Source: Promethearchaeota archaeon Loki_b32
Lineage (GTDB): Archaea > Asgardarchaeota > Lokiarchaeia > Sigyniarchaeales > SOKP01
DNA: 64,000 nt
Reading direction: 5' to 3'
NCBI GenBank assembly: GCA_005223125.1
Contig: NJBH01000004.1
Location: forward strand, 96,001 to 160,000
In this document: piece by piece, positions 39,928 to 50,737 of the stretch
Layout: each line of letters opens with the position of its first letter
How positions within the stretch are numbered: position 1 is the first letter of the stretch
Notes under the pieces: generated by a model
Databases searched by the model: none
What the model saw: only the letters and a program-made list of their open reading frames with translations
Told to the model about the DNA's origin: nothing
Made by a program: the position numbers and the translations under genes

Positions 39928-40923
39928 ATGGAATATTCTAATCTTATTTCTCAATTATTAAAAGGACACCCTAGAGCCGCAGCACGTTTAATTACTTTTG
40001 TCGAAAATGATATTGAAGCAGCTGAAGAAATTGTAAATTCTATTTATGAACATACTGGTAATGCATATATTTTAGGTATTACAGGTGCACCTGGAACTGG
40101 TAAATCAACCTTTATTTCAACGTTAATTAAAATTTATGTTGAACAAGGGAAAAAAATTGGAATTATCTGCGTGGATCCAACTTCTCCTTTAACTGGAGGC
40201 GCTCTTTTAGGAGACCGAATCCGCATGAAGCAACTTTTTTCCATTGATAATGTTTTTATTAGAAGTATGGCAAATCGAGGTCAATTAGGAGGACTCGCTA
40301 GAGCAACGGAGGATGTTATAAAAATACTTGATGCATACGGATGTGATATAGTAATCGTTGAAACGGTCGGAGTTGGACAATCTGAAGTAGATATTTTCAA
40401 ATCTGCCCACACTGTTGTAGTATTGTTAGTTCCAGGACTAGGAGATGACATTCAGGCGATAAAGTCAGGTATTATGGAAATTACCGATATTTTTGTGGTA
40501 AATAAAATGGATTTACCGGGCGCAGATAAGAAGATCGCTGAAATACAACAAATGTTAGAGTTTAAGAAGAATTATAAATACGATTCAAAAGAGATAAGTG
40601 AGAAATTTGCTAAAATTGAACAATGGACACCAGAAATTACAAAAGTAAATTCTAAAATTGGAGAAAATTTTGATGAACTTCTGGGACTAATAAAAAAACA
40701 TAAATCATTCTTAGAAGAATCAGGTGTTATTTCGAATTATCTGAAAAATCGAATTACAAATGAGACCATACAGATTTTAAAATATAAATTAACGGAAAAA
40801 GTGGAAGAATTACTGAATTCTGATAAGGAAATAGGTAAATATATTGATCAGGCTATTAAAAAATCGTTAGATCCTTACTCTATGGCAAATCTAATAATTA
40901 AAATGCTAGGTCTTGAGAAATAG
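39928..40923 (+). CDS. meaB: Mutase-associated GTPase chaperone MeaB/ArgK
   Basis: GAPGTGKST, DPTS..TGGALLGDRIRM, ETVGVGQSE, NKMD. Confidence 0.94.
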   Translation: MEYSNLISQLLKGHPRAAARLITFVENDIEAAEEIVNSIYEHTGNAYILGITGAPGTGKSTFISTLIKIYVEQGKKIGIICVDPTSPLTGGALLGDRIRMKQLFSIDNVFIRSMANRGQLGGLARATEDVIKILDAYGCDIVIVETVGVGQSEVDIFKSAHTVVVLLVPGLGDDIQAIKSGIMEITDIFVVNKMDLPGADKKIAEIQQMLEFKKNYKYDSKEISEKFAKIEQWTPEITKVNSKIGENFDELLGLIKKHKSFLEESGVISNYLKNRITNETIQILKYKLTEKVEELLNSDKEIGKYIDQAIKKSLDPYSMANLIIKMLGLEK

Positions 40924-41019
40924 AAATCTTACCATTTTATTACAAAAAGACAGAAATGAAATGCTTTTAATTTAATCATTCTTTCAGAATTACCAAATAT
41001 TATTTAGGTAGTTTTAAAA

Positions 41020-41655
41020 ATGAAAAACATAACTCTTTCAAATACAAATCTTTTAATTTATCGCATTATTTTTGCGGGATTAAACTGGTTTACTTTAATA
41101 GCAAGCGCAGTTATCTATGCCATTACTTATGGAGTTGTTCTTCCTTGGTTTAATGGCTTTAAAGCCTTCACTATGCAAACAAACTTAATTGTGACTATAT
41201 GGTTTACATTAGCAATTATATGGTATAATAAGCCAGAAACTCTTGATAAAATTTCAGGACCTCTCAAAGGTGCTTTTACACTCTATATTACAATAACTTT
41301 TGTTTTCTTTGCGGTTCTATTGAGCTCCTTTTACCAACCTACGGGATTTGCAGCATTTAGCAATCTAGTTTTGCACTATATTACCCCAATCGCATTTATA
41401 GTCGATTGGGTATTAACAGAAACGAAGGTGAGGTATGAATGGAACTATATGCTCTATTGGATCATTTATCCTATATGTTATGTACTATTTGCTGTTATCC
41501 ATGGTACTTTCACGGGTAATTACTTATATTATTTTCTAGATATAAACGCACTTGGTATTTTTGGGTTTTTTATATATATCTCAATTTTAATTGCATTTGG
41601 GATAGCTTTGGGATGTCTATATATTGCTATTAACAGAAAAAGAACGAAAAACTAA
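41020..41655 (+). CDS. Pr6Pr / FAR-17a/AIG1-like membrane protein
   Basis: About 6 TM helices, FTMQTN, LHYITP, YLYYFLD. Confidence 0.75.
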   Translation: MKNITLSNTNLLIYRIIFAGLNWFTLIASAVIYAITYGVVLPWFNGFKAFTMQTNLIVTIWFTLAIIWYNKPETLDKISGPLKGAFTLYITITFVFFAVLLSSFYQPTGFAAFSNLVLHYITPIAFIVDWVLTETKVRYEWNYMLYWIIYPICYVLFAVIHGTFTGNYLYYFLDINALGIFGFFIYISILIAFGIALGCLYIAINRKRTKN

Positions 41656-41709
41656 AAAAAAATCATTTTAAAATGTAGATCTACTTTTATCTCAAGAAAG
41701 GTTTTGATA

Positions 41710-41958
41710 TCATTTTTTTTTAGGATCAATCCATTCAGAATAGATTTCTACAATTGTTAAGGATTTTTTCCTATGACATTTTTCACATTCTTCATCTTCT
41801 ACTTTTTTAAACACAAAATCTCCAGGTTTAAATATTCTTGAAAAGTCTTCTTTACAATTTCCACATTTAAGTACGCTATGTTTTTTTTCAACAAATCTCT
41901 TCTTTCGATCCCAATCCATTATCGCAGGAATTGCAGGGAGTTGCGGTTCTTCAGCCAT
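41710..41958 (-). CDS. Small archaeal Zn-ribbon protein
   Basis: CGNC...FKPGDFVFK...CEKC...IVEIY. Confidence 0.7.
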   Translation of the reverse strand: MAEEPQLPAIPAIMDWDRKKRFVEKKHSVLKCGNCKEDFSRIFKPGDFVFKKVEDEECEKCHRKKSLTIVEIYSEWIDPKKK

Positions 41959-42049
41959 TTTTCTTCAATTTATGATAATTAGTATGTTAGATAGAAATTC
42001 AGAATTATTAATCTTTTAGGTTAAATTAAATAAATTTCAAATAATTAAG

Positions 42050-42838
42050 TTATGAACTTCCCTTATCTTTTTCTTTCTTATGCTTTTTGTGTTTTTTATC
42101 TTTATGTTTTTTCGTTTCAGTCTCATCTTGTTTAATTATATCTTCTTCTTTTACTTGTTCTTCATATGCCTTTTTTTCAACCTTTTTTTCTTCTGGTTCT
42201 GGTTCTGGTTCTGGAGGTTTCGGTTTCTTTGATATGATTACTTTCGCATATCTTATAACTACTTTTCCATATTTGAAACCATCTTGAATAATTTCTAATA
42301 TACTATTCTCTGGAACATCACCATTTTCGATTGAGCTTAAAGCTTCATGTATACTATAATTAAATGAATCATTTATCTTTACAGGGATAGGTTCCGCTCC
42401 ATAGGATTTATATACATTCATAAATTGGGTATAAAAATTATTTAGAACGTTTTTTTCTGTTTCATTCGCACTATCAATAGCTTTCTTGAACGAATCATAT
42501 AGTGGTAAGAAATTCTTCAATACCGAAGCTGTATATTCAATTCTCAAATTTTGTCGGTTCTTATTCCAACGTTTTTGAGCATTTTCAAATTCTGCTTGCA
42601 GATGCATATATTTATTTTTAGAATCATTACTCTCTTTTTGTAATTGTTCTACTTTCGCTTTAAGATCGGTTAGTTCTTTCTCATATTCCTCCTTCGAGAA
42701 ATATTCCAATTCGTAGTGCTCCTTTTCTTCTAACATTTTGATATCTTTACTTTCTGGTTCTGCTTCGATATTTCCTGTATCAACAGATATTCCTGGTTTA
42801 ATTTCCTCTTTTATTTCATCGTTGTTATCTTCAGTCAT
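42050..42838 (-). CDS. grpE: Nucleotide exchange factor GrpE
   Basis: LQAEFEN, FLPLYDSF, HEAL, IIQDGFKYG.VVIRYAKV. Charged extensions at both termini. Confidence 0.92.
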   Translation of the reverse strand: MTEDNNDEIKEEIKPGISVDTGNIEAEPESKDIKMLEEKEHYELEYFSKEEYEKELTDLKAKVEQLQKESNDSKNKYMHLQAEFENAQKRWNKNRQNLRIEYTASVLKNFLPLYDSFKKAIDSANETEKNVLNNFYTQFMNVYKSYGAEPIPVKINDSFNYSIHEALSSIENGDVPENSILEIIQDGFKYGKVVIRYAKVIISKKPKPPEPEPEPEEKKVEKKAYEEQVKEEDIIKQDETETKKHKDKKHKKHKKEKDKGSS

Positions 42839-43086
42839 ATCGATTCCTTATTCATTCATAACTATTATTTATGAATAATAAATATATGATTTGAAATTGA
42901 TTATCAATTTTATTTTTTATGATTAAGACATCTTTATAAATAAAATTTTTAACTCTTCTTTAATTACAATTTACTTAGTAAATACAAATTAACAAATTAG
43001 AATAATTAAATTATTAAATTCTAGAAAACCTTTCAAAATTAATAGTATAAATACAAACAAATCCAAGAAAAGAAGATGAGATTGAA

Positions 43087-45093
43087 ATGAGTGAAGAAGA
43101 AACTGAAAAGCCAAAAAGGAAAGAGAAGATAATCGGAATAGATCTTGGAACCTCGAATAGTGCTTGCGCAGTTCTAACTGGAACTGGTAAACCCGAGATT
43201 GTACCAGCTGCAGAAGGTAGAACTCTTGGAGGAAAGGCTTTTCCATCTTATGTGGCTTTTGATGAGAATGGTCGTAAAATAGTGGGTGAACCTGCTCGTC
43301 GGCAAGCGGTTAGTAACCCAGATGGAACGGTGACAGCAATCAAACGTAAAATGGGAACTTCCTACAAGGCAAAATTGCAGGTTGGTGATAAATGGCAAGA
43401 GTTTAGCCCAGAGGAAATAAGCGCAATGATACTTAAGAAAATTAAAACTGATGCATCAGCGTATTTGGGAGAAGAAGTCAAAAAAGCTGTAATAACAGTT
43501 CCAGCATATTTTAATGATGCACAACGTACAGCCACTAAAAATGCCGGTGAAATTGCTGGCCTTGAAGTCGTGCGAATGATTAATGAACCCACAGCAGCCT
43601 GTTTAGCTTACGGTTTAGATAAAGATACTAAAGATAAATTAATGAAAATCTGCGTATTGGACTTAGGTGGCGGCACTTTCGATATAACAATCATGGAATA
43701 TGGTGAGGGTGTCGTTGAGGTCCTCTCCACCGCAGGGGATACTCAGTTGGGCGGAACCGATATGGACAATCAGATAATTGATTGGGTCACTGAAGAATTT
43801 AAAAAGAAAGAAGGTATAGATTTAAAAGGCGACAGTAAAGCATGGATAAGAATTAAAGATGCTGGAGAAAAAGCAAAAATAGAACTATCCACAACTTTAA
43901 CAACTACAATAAATCTACCATATATTTCACAAAAAGAAGGAAACCCTGTTCATTTGACAATGGAACTTACAAGGGCAAAATTAGAATCTCTAATAGAACC
44001 AACCCTTAAACGTCTTGATCCTATAATGCAAAGAGCGGTTTCAGATGCAAAATTATCGGCTGTTAATATTGATAAAGTTATATTAGTAGGCGGTCCAACA
44101 AGAATGCCTTCTGTTCAGCAAAGATTCAAGAAATTTTTTGGAGGAAAAGAACCTGAACATTCAGTTGATCCAATGGAATGTGTAGCTATTGGAGCATCAA
44201 TACAAGGAGGTATAATTGCCGGAGACGTAGAAGATCTACTATTACTCGATGTAACTCCATTATCCTTAGGGGTTGAGACATTAGGTGGTGTCTTCACTAA
44301 ATTAATTGAAAGAAATAGCACAATTCCTACTGAAAAAAGTCAAGTATTTAGTACAGCAGCAGATAATCAACCAGCTGTTACTATAAATGTACTTCAAGGA
44401 GAAAGGGCAATGGCAAAAGATAATATCCCATTGGGAATGTTTCATTTAACAGGTATTCCACCCGCACCTCGAAGTATCCCACAAATAGAAGTTAAATTCT
44501 CTATTGATGCTGATGGAATTGTACATGTCAATGCGAAAGATTTAGGAACAGGAAAAGAAACAGGAATTACTGTAACAGGTGCTAGAGGTTTAACACCGGA
44601 AGAAATTAAGGAAAAAGTGCAAACAGCAGAACAGTTTGAAGAAGAAGATAAGAAAGTGAGAGAGTTAGTTGAAGCTAAAAATAGCGCTGATTCAATGATT
44701 TATCAAACACGTAAATTAATGGAAGACAATAAAGATAAAATTCAAGAAAACGAAAAGAATGAAATTGAAGCAGCGATGGCTTCATTGGAAGAAGATATCA
44801 AAACTGATGATGTTCAGAGAATTAAACTAGGAATTGAGAACCTACAAAAATCTATGTATAGTTTTTCTCAGAGAATATACCAAACTCAAGCCCAAGATCA
44901 GGTTTATCAACAAGCAGCCGACCAAGCTCAACGAGCTGCTAGTGGTATGGGCGGAGTTCCTCCTGGCGGAATGGGTGGAGTTCCTCCTGGTGATATGGGT
45001 GAAACTGGTGCTGGTGGTGCTAGTTATAAATCTGAAAAAAAAGAAGAAAAGGATAAAAAGAAAGTGGTAGACGTTGATTGGGATGAGGATTAA
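43087..45093 (+). CDS. dnaK: Hsp70 chaperone DnaK
   Basis: [38 protein letters not shown]. Confidence 0.98.
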   Translation: MSEEETEKPKRKEKIIGIDLGTSNSACAVLTGTGKPEIVPAAEGRTLGGKAFPSYVAFDENGRKIVGEPARRQAVSNPDGTVTAIKRKMGTSYKAKLQVGDKWQEFSPEEISAMILKKIKTDASAYLGEEVKKAVITVPAYFNDAQRTATKNAGEIAGLEVVRMINEPTAACLAYGLDKDTKDKLMKICVLDLGGGTFDITIMEYGEGVVEVLSTAGDTQLGGTDMDNQIIDWVTEEFKKKEGIDLKGDSKAWIRIKDAGEKAKIELSTTLTTTINLPYISQKEGNPVHLTMELTRAKLESLIEPTLKRLDPIMQRAVSDAKLSAVNIDKVILVGGPTRMPSVQQRFKKFFGGKEPEHSVDPMECVAIGASIQGGIIAGDVEDLLLLDVTPLSLGVETLGGVFTKLIERNSTIPTEKSQVFSTAADNQPAVTINVLQGERAMAKDNIPLGMFHLTGIPPAPRSIPQIEVKFSIDADGIVHVNAKDLGTGKETGITVTGARGLTPEEIKEKVQTAEQFEEEDKKVRELVEAKNSADSMIYQTRKLMEDNKDKIQENEKNEIEAAMASLEEDIKTDDVQRIKLGIENLQKSMYSFSQRIYQTQAQDQVYQQAADQAQRAASGMGGVPPGGMGGVPPGDMGETGAGGASYKSEKKEEKDKKKVVDVDWDED

Positions 45094-45229
45094 AGCCCAA
45101 TTAATATTTCCATCAATTTAATTAAACATTCTTTATATTCTATTATTATTTTATATTTTTAGTTATTTTTAATAGAGATCAATAGTCTTTCCAATAAAAA
45201 TTAAAGAAAATTGGTACATAACCAGCGAT

Positions 45230-45598
45230 TTATAGATTTAAGAATTTTTTTAAAACATTAAATAATTTTTTATTTTGTAGTTTTACATCAGCTTCTATAG
45301 CCGAAAATTCTTCATCTGGATCTTCGTAGGTATACCCTTGGTAAGTAAGATCTGAAACGGCGCAGATATGATAAAATTCACCGGTTTGCATAGTAATTCG
45401 TATTACTTTAAAACGTCGACGGCTTACCATTTCCACACTTTTTACTTGAGTTTTAACTAATATGGCTGAACCTTTTTTGCCATTAAAGTGTAAATTATTT
45501 TCATCAGTAGATAAATTTCCTTCATCCCAATATTTCTTAGAAATCATAGCAATTCCTTTTATCTTTCCTTTACCAAAATAAACATTATCATCTATCAA
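45230..45598 (-). CDS. Hypothetical protein, possible PH-like fold
   Basis: AGGTGA 6 nt before the TTG. Beta-rich pattern WDEGNLSTDENNLHF...VKSVE...IRI followed by a C-terminal helix. Confidence 0.6.
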   Translation of the reverse strand: MIDDNVYFGKGKIKGIAMISKKYWDEGNLSTDENNLHFNGKKGSAILVKTQVKSVEMVSRRRFKVIRITMQTGEFYHICAVSDLTYQGYTYEDPDEEFSAIEADVKLQNKKLFNVLKKFLNL

Positions 45599-45790
45599 GA
45601 ATTTTCACCTTAAAATAATACTTATTTCTATATAATAGTCAAATAGTCTAAATTTATATTTAAACCTTTAAGAATCCGATGAAAAGAATTAATTATACTA
45701 TGCTAAATTTGTTAGAATATATCTTTTATGTTTGGTTTTTGAATAAATTAGCGCTTTTAAGATAAAACATTATTGATTTATATCTATATA

Positions 45791-45888
45791 CCTAAAAAAT
45801 TAAATTTTATAAACAATTTTAAATACTTGAGTTCTAAACATATTTCATTATATTAAGAGATTATACAATCATAAGCTCTAAGAAAAGA
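45791..45888 (+). repeat. Diverged duplicate of the dnaJ promoter and first codons
   Basis: Ungapped match to 47450-47547, with the first 70 nt 63/70 identical. The dnaJ ATG (47530) aligns to ATA (45871). Confidence 0.9.
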
Positions 45889-45948
45889 TTGTTTGTTTTT
45901 AATCTATTTTATATTAAAAATTAAATATAGCTAGAAATTATTCTAAAA

Positions 45949-47262
45949 TTAAGTTCTTTTATGGCGTAAGAGAAGAATAATTATAGCTAGAACAGAAATA
46001 ATTATAATTATTGTAAATGGAATTATCCAAATAAGAATGTTGTTATCTTTAGTTTCGATACAATCATTATTCTCATATAAATTATCACCATAACAATCGT
46101 CAGTTTCTGTATAACATTTTCTATTATAATGAAGAATATTGTAGGTAATTTCATTTCCATACGAAGAATTAAGGAATATTCCATAATAATTATAATTTAT
46201 GGTGTTTTGAAAGACATAATTTAATATAGATTCTACCATTTTAATCCCATAATAATTTTCGTTAATTTGATTATTTGAAATTTGAATATCTCTACTGAAA
46301 TATAATTCAAGCCCTCCATTTTTATTGTCATTTATGCTGTTATTGATTATATAATTTTCTTGTGTGATATTAAGCATTATACCACATAAATTATAATTTA
46401 CCATATTTTCTGAAATCCAATTATTCGTACAAGACTGTACATATACAGGCTCATCCCATGGATGAATCATTATACTTCCTTCTAAATGAATCCCATTACC
46501 TTTATTGTTATTTATCTCATTTCCAATGATTTCATTATACATAGCTTCAAGAAATAGAATTCCGGTTCCATTATTATTATTTATATAATTATCAACTATG
46601 GAATTATTAAACCCCCAGTATATCCATATTCCATACATATCATTAAAACTTACATTATTTAATGAGATACTTAAATCTTGTCCTCCAAAGATTCCATTCA
46701 CGTTATTAATAACATCATTTTCTAAAATTGTACAATCTCCACTCGCATAAATACCAAATACATTATTAATGATTGTATTTTGGAAAATTGTGTTATTAGC
46801 CCCGAATACAATTATACCAACATTATTATTTGTGATGGTATTTTTTTTAATAAAGCCATTGGATACATTGTATAACTTAACTCCTGCATCAATGTAGTAA
46901 TAATCAACACCAGAGTTATAAATTGTACAATTTTCAATTCGAAAGAATACATCTGAATTTTCAATATGTATACAACTTCCGGAACCTCCCCCATCAATTA
47001 TTAAATCTTCTATGATATAAGGATTAGAATAGGTTCCTGTGCCTGTACAATTTCCTGCATTCCTAAAATCTATCCAATCTAATGTACCATTTATGAAAAT
47101 CTTACTAGATACTTTTGATGTTTTGAGATTATGATTTATCAAACTGGATTCATTACAAATTCGAATATTGACTTTAGAATTATAATTAGCTAGAGGAAAG
47201 AATATTAAATTGAGTATTATTACCATTAAAATTGCGGTTTTATATAGAGCTTTTACTTTCAA
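45949..47262 (-). CDS. NosD/CASH parallel beta-helix surface protein with C-terminal TM anchor
   Basis: Signal peptide. Block CTGTGTYSNPYIIEDLIIDGGGSGSCI is shared with 33020..34792. PbH1 repeats, then TM plus basic tail. Confidence 0.88.
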   Translation of the reverse strand: MKVKALYKTAILMVIILNLIFFPLANYNSKVNIRICNESSLINHNLKTSKVSSKIFINGTLDWIDFRNAGNCTGTGTYSNPYIIEDLIIDGGGSGSCIHIENSDVFFRIENCTIYNSGVDYYYIDAGVKLYNVSNGFIKKNTITNNNVGIIVFGANNTIFQNTIINNVFGIYASGDCTILENDVINNVNGIFGGQDLSISLNNVSFNDMYGIWIYWGFNNSIVDNYINNNNGTGILFLEAMYNEIIGNEINNNKGNGIHLEGSIMIHPWDEPVYVQSCTNNWISENMVNYNLCGIMLNITQENYIINNSINDNKNGGLELYFSRDIQISNNQINENYYGIKMVESILNYVFQNTINYNYYGIFLNSSYGNEITYNILHYNRKCYTETDDCYGDNLYENNDCIETKDNNILIWIIPFTIIIIISVLAIIILLLRHKRT

Positions 47263-47529
47263 ATCGTTTATACTACTAGTTTCATTGGATTATTGTATTT
47301 ATTATGATCTTTTATTATGAGCACATATTAAAACTTTTTTGTTATTTAAACCAATTTTCTCTGAATGAATGAAAATTTATAATAAAACATGTTAATCAAG
47401 AACTTTGTTCTTGGATAAGTTTAATCTAATTTGATTTAACAAGCACAGACCTAAAAAATTAAATTTCAGAAATAATTTTAATTACTTGAGTTTTAAACAT
47501 ATTTCAATATATTAAGGGACTAAGATAAT

Positions 47530-48660
47530 ATGAGCGTTAATAAAAGAGATTACTATGAAGTTCTTGGTGTGAGTAAAGACGCTAGCTTAAATGGCATTAA
47601 ACTTGCCTATAGACGTTTAGCCAGAAAACTCCATCCAGATCTGAATAAAACAGATCCCAAAGCTAAAGAGAAGTTTATCGAGGTTCAAGAGGCTTATGAA
47701 GTTCTAAGTGATGAACAAAAACGGCAAAATTATGATCGCTTTGGATTTAGTGGTGTTCATGTTAATATGGGTGACTTTTTTAGTGGTGGAATCCCTGGAA
47801 TCGATGAGTTGCTTAGAAGCATTTTTGGAGGTTTTTCTTCTTTTGGAGGGTTTGATGATTTTGGATTTGGTGGTTTTGGTTCAAGAGCAAGAAGAAGATC
47901 TGCTCCTCGCAGAGAAGTTGGACAAGATATAGAAGATTATGTTGAAATTACCTTTGAAGAAGCAATGTTCGGAGTAAAGAAGGATATACTTATTGAGAGA
48001 TATACACCATGCGATGACTGCGAGGGTTCTGGGGCAGAAGATCCATCAAGTATAAGAACTTGTCCGCAGTGCCAAGGAACAGGAAGGATTAGAAAAATGA
48101 CGCAATCTGGATTTGGTACAATAATCCGGGAAACAGAATGCTACACTTGTAATGGCGCAGGAAGAGTAATCGAAAAGAAATGTAAAACATGTAATGGAAA
48201 AAAAGTAGTCCCTGAAAGTAAAACAATTCATGTGAGCATTCCTCCTGGAGTTGAAAATGGTGTTCACTTAAAAGTTCAAGGTGCTGGACATGTACCTTCT
48301 GTTAATGCAATACCAGGAGACCTTTATTTAGGGATACGAATAACTGGTGATGAGAAATTTATCCGGCGTGGAAATGACCTTTATACTCCCGCTAATGTGG
48401 ACATTGTAACAGCAATAATTGGAGGGAAGATTAATATTCCAACCTTAAATTATAAGGAAAAGAAATTAACTGAAAAAGAATTAACAATACCCCCAGGTAC
48501 ACAACCTGGAACTGAATTTCGGATAAAAAGTCGGGGAGTTTCATACATGCGAGGAAGAGGAAGAGGAGATCAATACGTGATTGTAAAGATAGAAATTCCT
48601 AAAAAAGTCTCAGATAAGCAAAAAGAATTACTGCAAAAATTTAAAGAATTAAATAAGTAG
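47530..48660 (+). CDS. dnaJ: Chaperone DnaJ (class A)
   Basis: [13 protein letters not shown] region, four CxxCxGxG-type motifs. Confidence 0.97.
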   Translation: MSVNKRDYYEVLGVSKDASLNGIKLAYRRLARKLHPDLNKTDPKAKEKFIEVQEAYEVLSDEQKRQNYDRFGFSGVHVNMGDFFSGGIPGIDELLRSIFGGFSSFGGFDDFGFGGFGSRARRRSAPRREVGQDIEDYVEITFEEAMFGVKKDILIERYTPCDDCEGSGAEDPSSIRTCPQCQGTGRIRKMTQSGFGTIIRETECYTCNGAGRVIEKKCKTCNGKKVVPESKTIHVSIPPGVENGVHLKVQGAGHVPSVNAIPGDLYLGIRITGDEKFIRRGNDLYTPANVDIVTAIIGGKINIPTLNYKEKKLTEKELTIPPGTQPGTEFRIKSRGVSYMRGRGRGDQYVIVKIEIPKKVSDKQKELLQKFKELNK

Positions 48661-48711
48661 ATTTCTGATAAATAAAAAATGGAAATATTTTTTTTAGAAA
48701 TATATTAAAAT

Positions 48712-49692
48712 TTATAAGTGAGAATCCAACCAATTAATTACGTCCTGAAAGACTTCTTCACGATTTATTTCATTAAATATTTCATGTCGGGCGTCTTGAT
48801 AAAACTTGTAGGTAACATCTTTAATCCCATATTTTTTATAGCGATTAATCATACCTTGCACATATTTAGTTTTATTTCCAATTGGACATAAAGATCCAGA
48901 TATAAAATAAACCGGTAAATCTTTTGGCACTTTTTGTTCATTTTTAGTACCATACATTTTTTCAAATCCATAAAGGAACTCTAACCAAAGATTTGCAGGA
49001 GGAACAAATCCACACCACGGATCATCAATATATTTTTGAACTTCTGCTTTGTCTCTACTAAGCCATTCATATCCAGTTGCGCCTTCTTCTTTTTGCCATT
49101 CACGATTATTAGGTTTAAAATTCATATCATACATTTTTTGACTTGGTTCAGTAGGACCAAGCTTCTTCATTTCACCTTTTAGAAGTAGCTTTCCCGCTTT
49201 AATTACCAAACCTCTTACTTTCCCGTTAGTACCGCTTAGAATGCACCCTTTAATTTCATTACCCCACTCTTGGATATAATCTTGAGCTAGCCAAGCACCC
49301 CAAGAATGTCCGAGTAAAAATAAGGGAAGATTCGGATTTTCTTTTTTTATTATTTTTGATAATTCATATAATTCATTTACTACGCCCCTCCATCCACTAG
49401 GTCCTAAAACACCCGCATTTCCTTTCAACGTAGCTTCAGTCAAATCGCCAGCGGTCAGTCCATGACCCGGATGATCATCTGCATAACAAATGTATCCCTC
49501 TTTGCATAAAGCTTCAGCCACACGAGTATATCTTTTAGCATGTTCTGCTAATCCGTGTATCATCTGTACAACGGCTTTCGGTTCTGATCCAGGTTCCCAC
49601 TTATACACAAAAATCTCAATTCCATCTTGATCTGTAAAGGTAAATGTTGAGCTTTTCATATTTTCATCTCTTTTGTTATTTTTAAAAAACAA
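48712..49692 (-). CDS. Alpha/beta hydrolase (lysophospholipase/monoglyceride lipase-like)
   Basis: HGLAEH, GHG, GHSWG nucleophile elbow, RHEIFNE. True start is probably 49659. Confidence 0.9.
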   Translation of the reverse strand: MFFKNNKRDENMKSSTFTFTDQDGIEIFVYKWEPGSEPKAVVQMIHGLAEHAKRYTRVAEALCKEGYICYADDHPGHGLTAGDLTEATLKGNAGVLGPSGWRGVVNELYELSKIIKKENPNLPLFLLGHSWGAWLAQDYIQEWGNEIKGCILSGTNGKVRGLVIKAGKLLLKGEMKKLGPTEPSQKMYDMNFKPNNREWQKEEGATGYEWLSRDKAEVQKYIDDPWCGFVPPANLWLEFLYGFEKMYGTKNEQKVPKDLPVYFISGSLCPIGNKTKYVQGMINRYKKYGIKDVTYKFYQDARHEIFNEINREEVFQDVINWLDSHL

Positions 49693-49758
49693 ATAATTAA
49701 TTATTTTATAATTTCATTTAAATTTTAGTGATAATTAAACCTTTCATTTATTAAATCT

Positions 49759-50292
49759 ATGACTGAAAAAATACTCATTACTGGTCCACCTAGGTGCGGT
49801 AAAAGTACTCTTATCTCAAAATTAATTGAGTATTATAATAATAAAAAAGAGTGTACAATATACGGCTTTTTAACCCCTGAGATTAGAGAAAGGGGTAATC
49901 GGATTGGTTTTAATATTGTAGATATTTATTCTGGAAAAATATCTCAACTAGCAAGAGTAGGAGATTTTAAAATAAAATACAAGGTTGGAAAATATAATGT
50001 CTTTATTGAAGAATTTGATAAATATATTGAAGATAATTTAAGTCTAGAAGGAAAAAAAATTGATTTAATAGTAATTGATGAGATTGGAAGAATGGAGCTA
50101 TTTTCTGATAAATTTCAAAATTTCATAAAAAATATATTTTCTTTGAAAATATCAATTTTAGCCACAATAGGTTTGAAATTAAGCCATCCTCTAAAAACTT
50201 ATCTTTTGAATCTCCCTTCTGTACTACTATTGAACTTAAATAAGCGAAATTCTCAACTTATATTTGAAAAGATCATTTCGTTAATTCCCTAA
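49759..50292 (+). CDS. THEP1-type nucleoside-triphosphatase
   Basis: ITGPPRCGKST, GFLTPEIRE.G.RIGF, IDEIGRMEL. Confidence 0.92.
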   Translation: MTEKILITGPPRCGKSTLISKLIEYYNNKKECTIYGFLTPEIRERGNRIGFNIVDIYSGKISQLARVGDFKIKYKVGKYNVFIEEFDKYIEDNLSLEGKKIDLIVIDEIGRMELFSDKFQNFIKNIFSLKISILATIGLKLSHPLKTYLLNLPSVLLLNLNKRNSQLIFEKIISLIP

Positions 50293-50425
50293 TTTAATAT
50301 TTAAACTAGGGTTTAATTTTCTTTTCACAAAACTTTAAATTAACTTTCTTTTTATCTTAATAAATAGCATAAGCACATTGATTTATAAAGAGATATAAGC
50401 AATTTTGGAATATAGGTGATACAAA

Positions 50426-50542
50426 CTGAAATGGAAATGTGACAAATGTGGCCATGAGTTTGATCTAGATGACTTTCCAGAAGAGGGTTTCAAATGTCCT
50501 GGATGTGGAGATACTGATTGTACTTTTTCTTTAGCAGATTAG
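50426..50542 (+). CDS. Rubredoxin-like small metal-binding protein (38 aa), apparent CTG start
   Basis: KWKCDKCGHEF...FKCPGCG...F. AGGTGA lies 6 nt upstream of the CTG, and an in-frame TGA sits 3 codons upstream. Confidence 0.8.
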   Translation: MKWKCDKCGHEFDLDDFPEEGFKCPGCGDTDCTFSLAD

Positions 50543-50737
50543 CCCAATTTCTTAGAGAATACTTTGGATATTTTAAGTTTTCTTTTATGTTTTTCTTTCT
50601 CTTAAGAAGAAAAGAAGTTTATTAGATTAAATAAATTCAATCCGTAAGTAAATGACTTAATCTTATGTTTGTCACCTTAGAATGTTCATTTTACTGTTAT
50701 GTGAAAATTTATAAGTCTGAAACTAGGTTAGATTCGT

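Noticed and set aside
41710-41958. Zn-binding protein as the missing RING E3
   Set aside because: It has only two CxxC pairs (zinc ribbon), lacks RING spacing, and is 35 kb from the ubiquitin genes.
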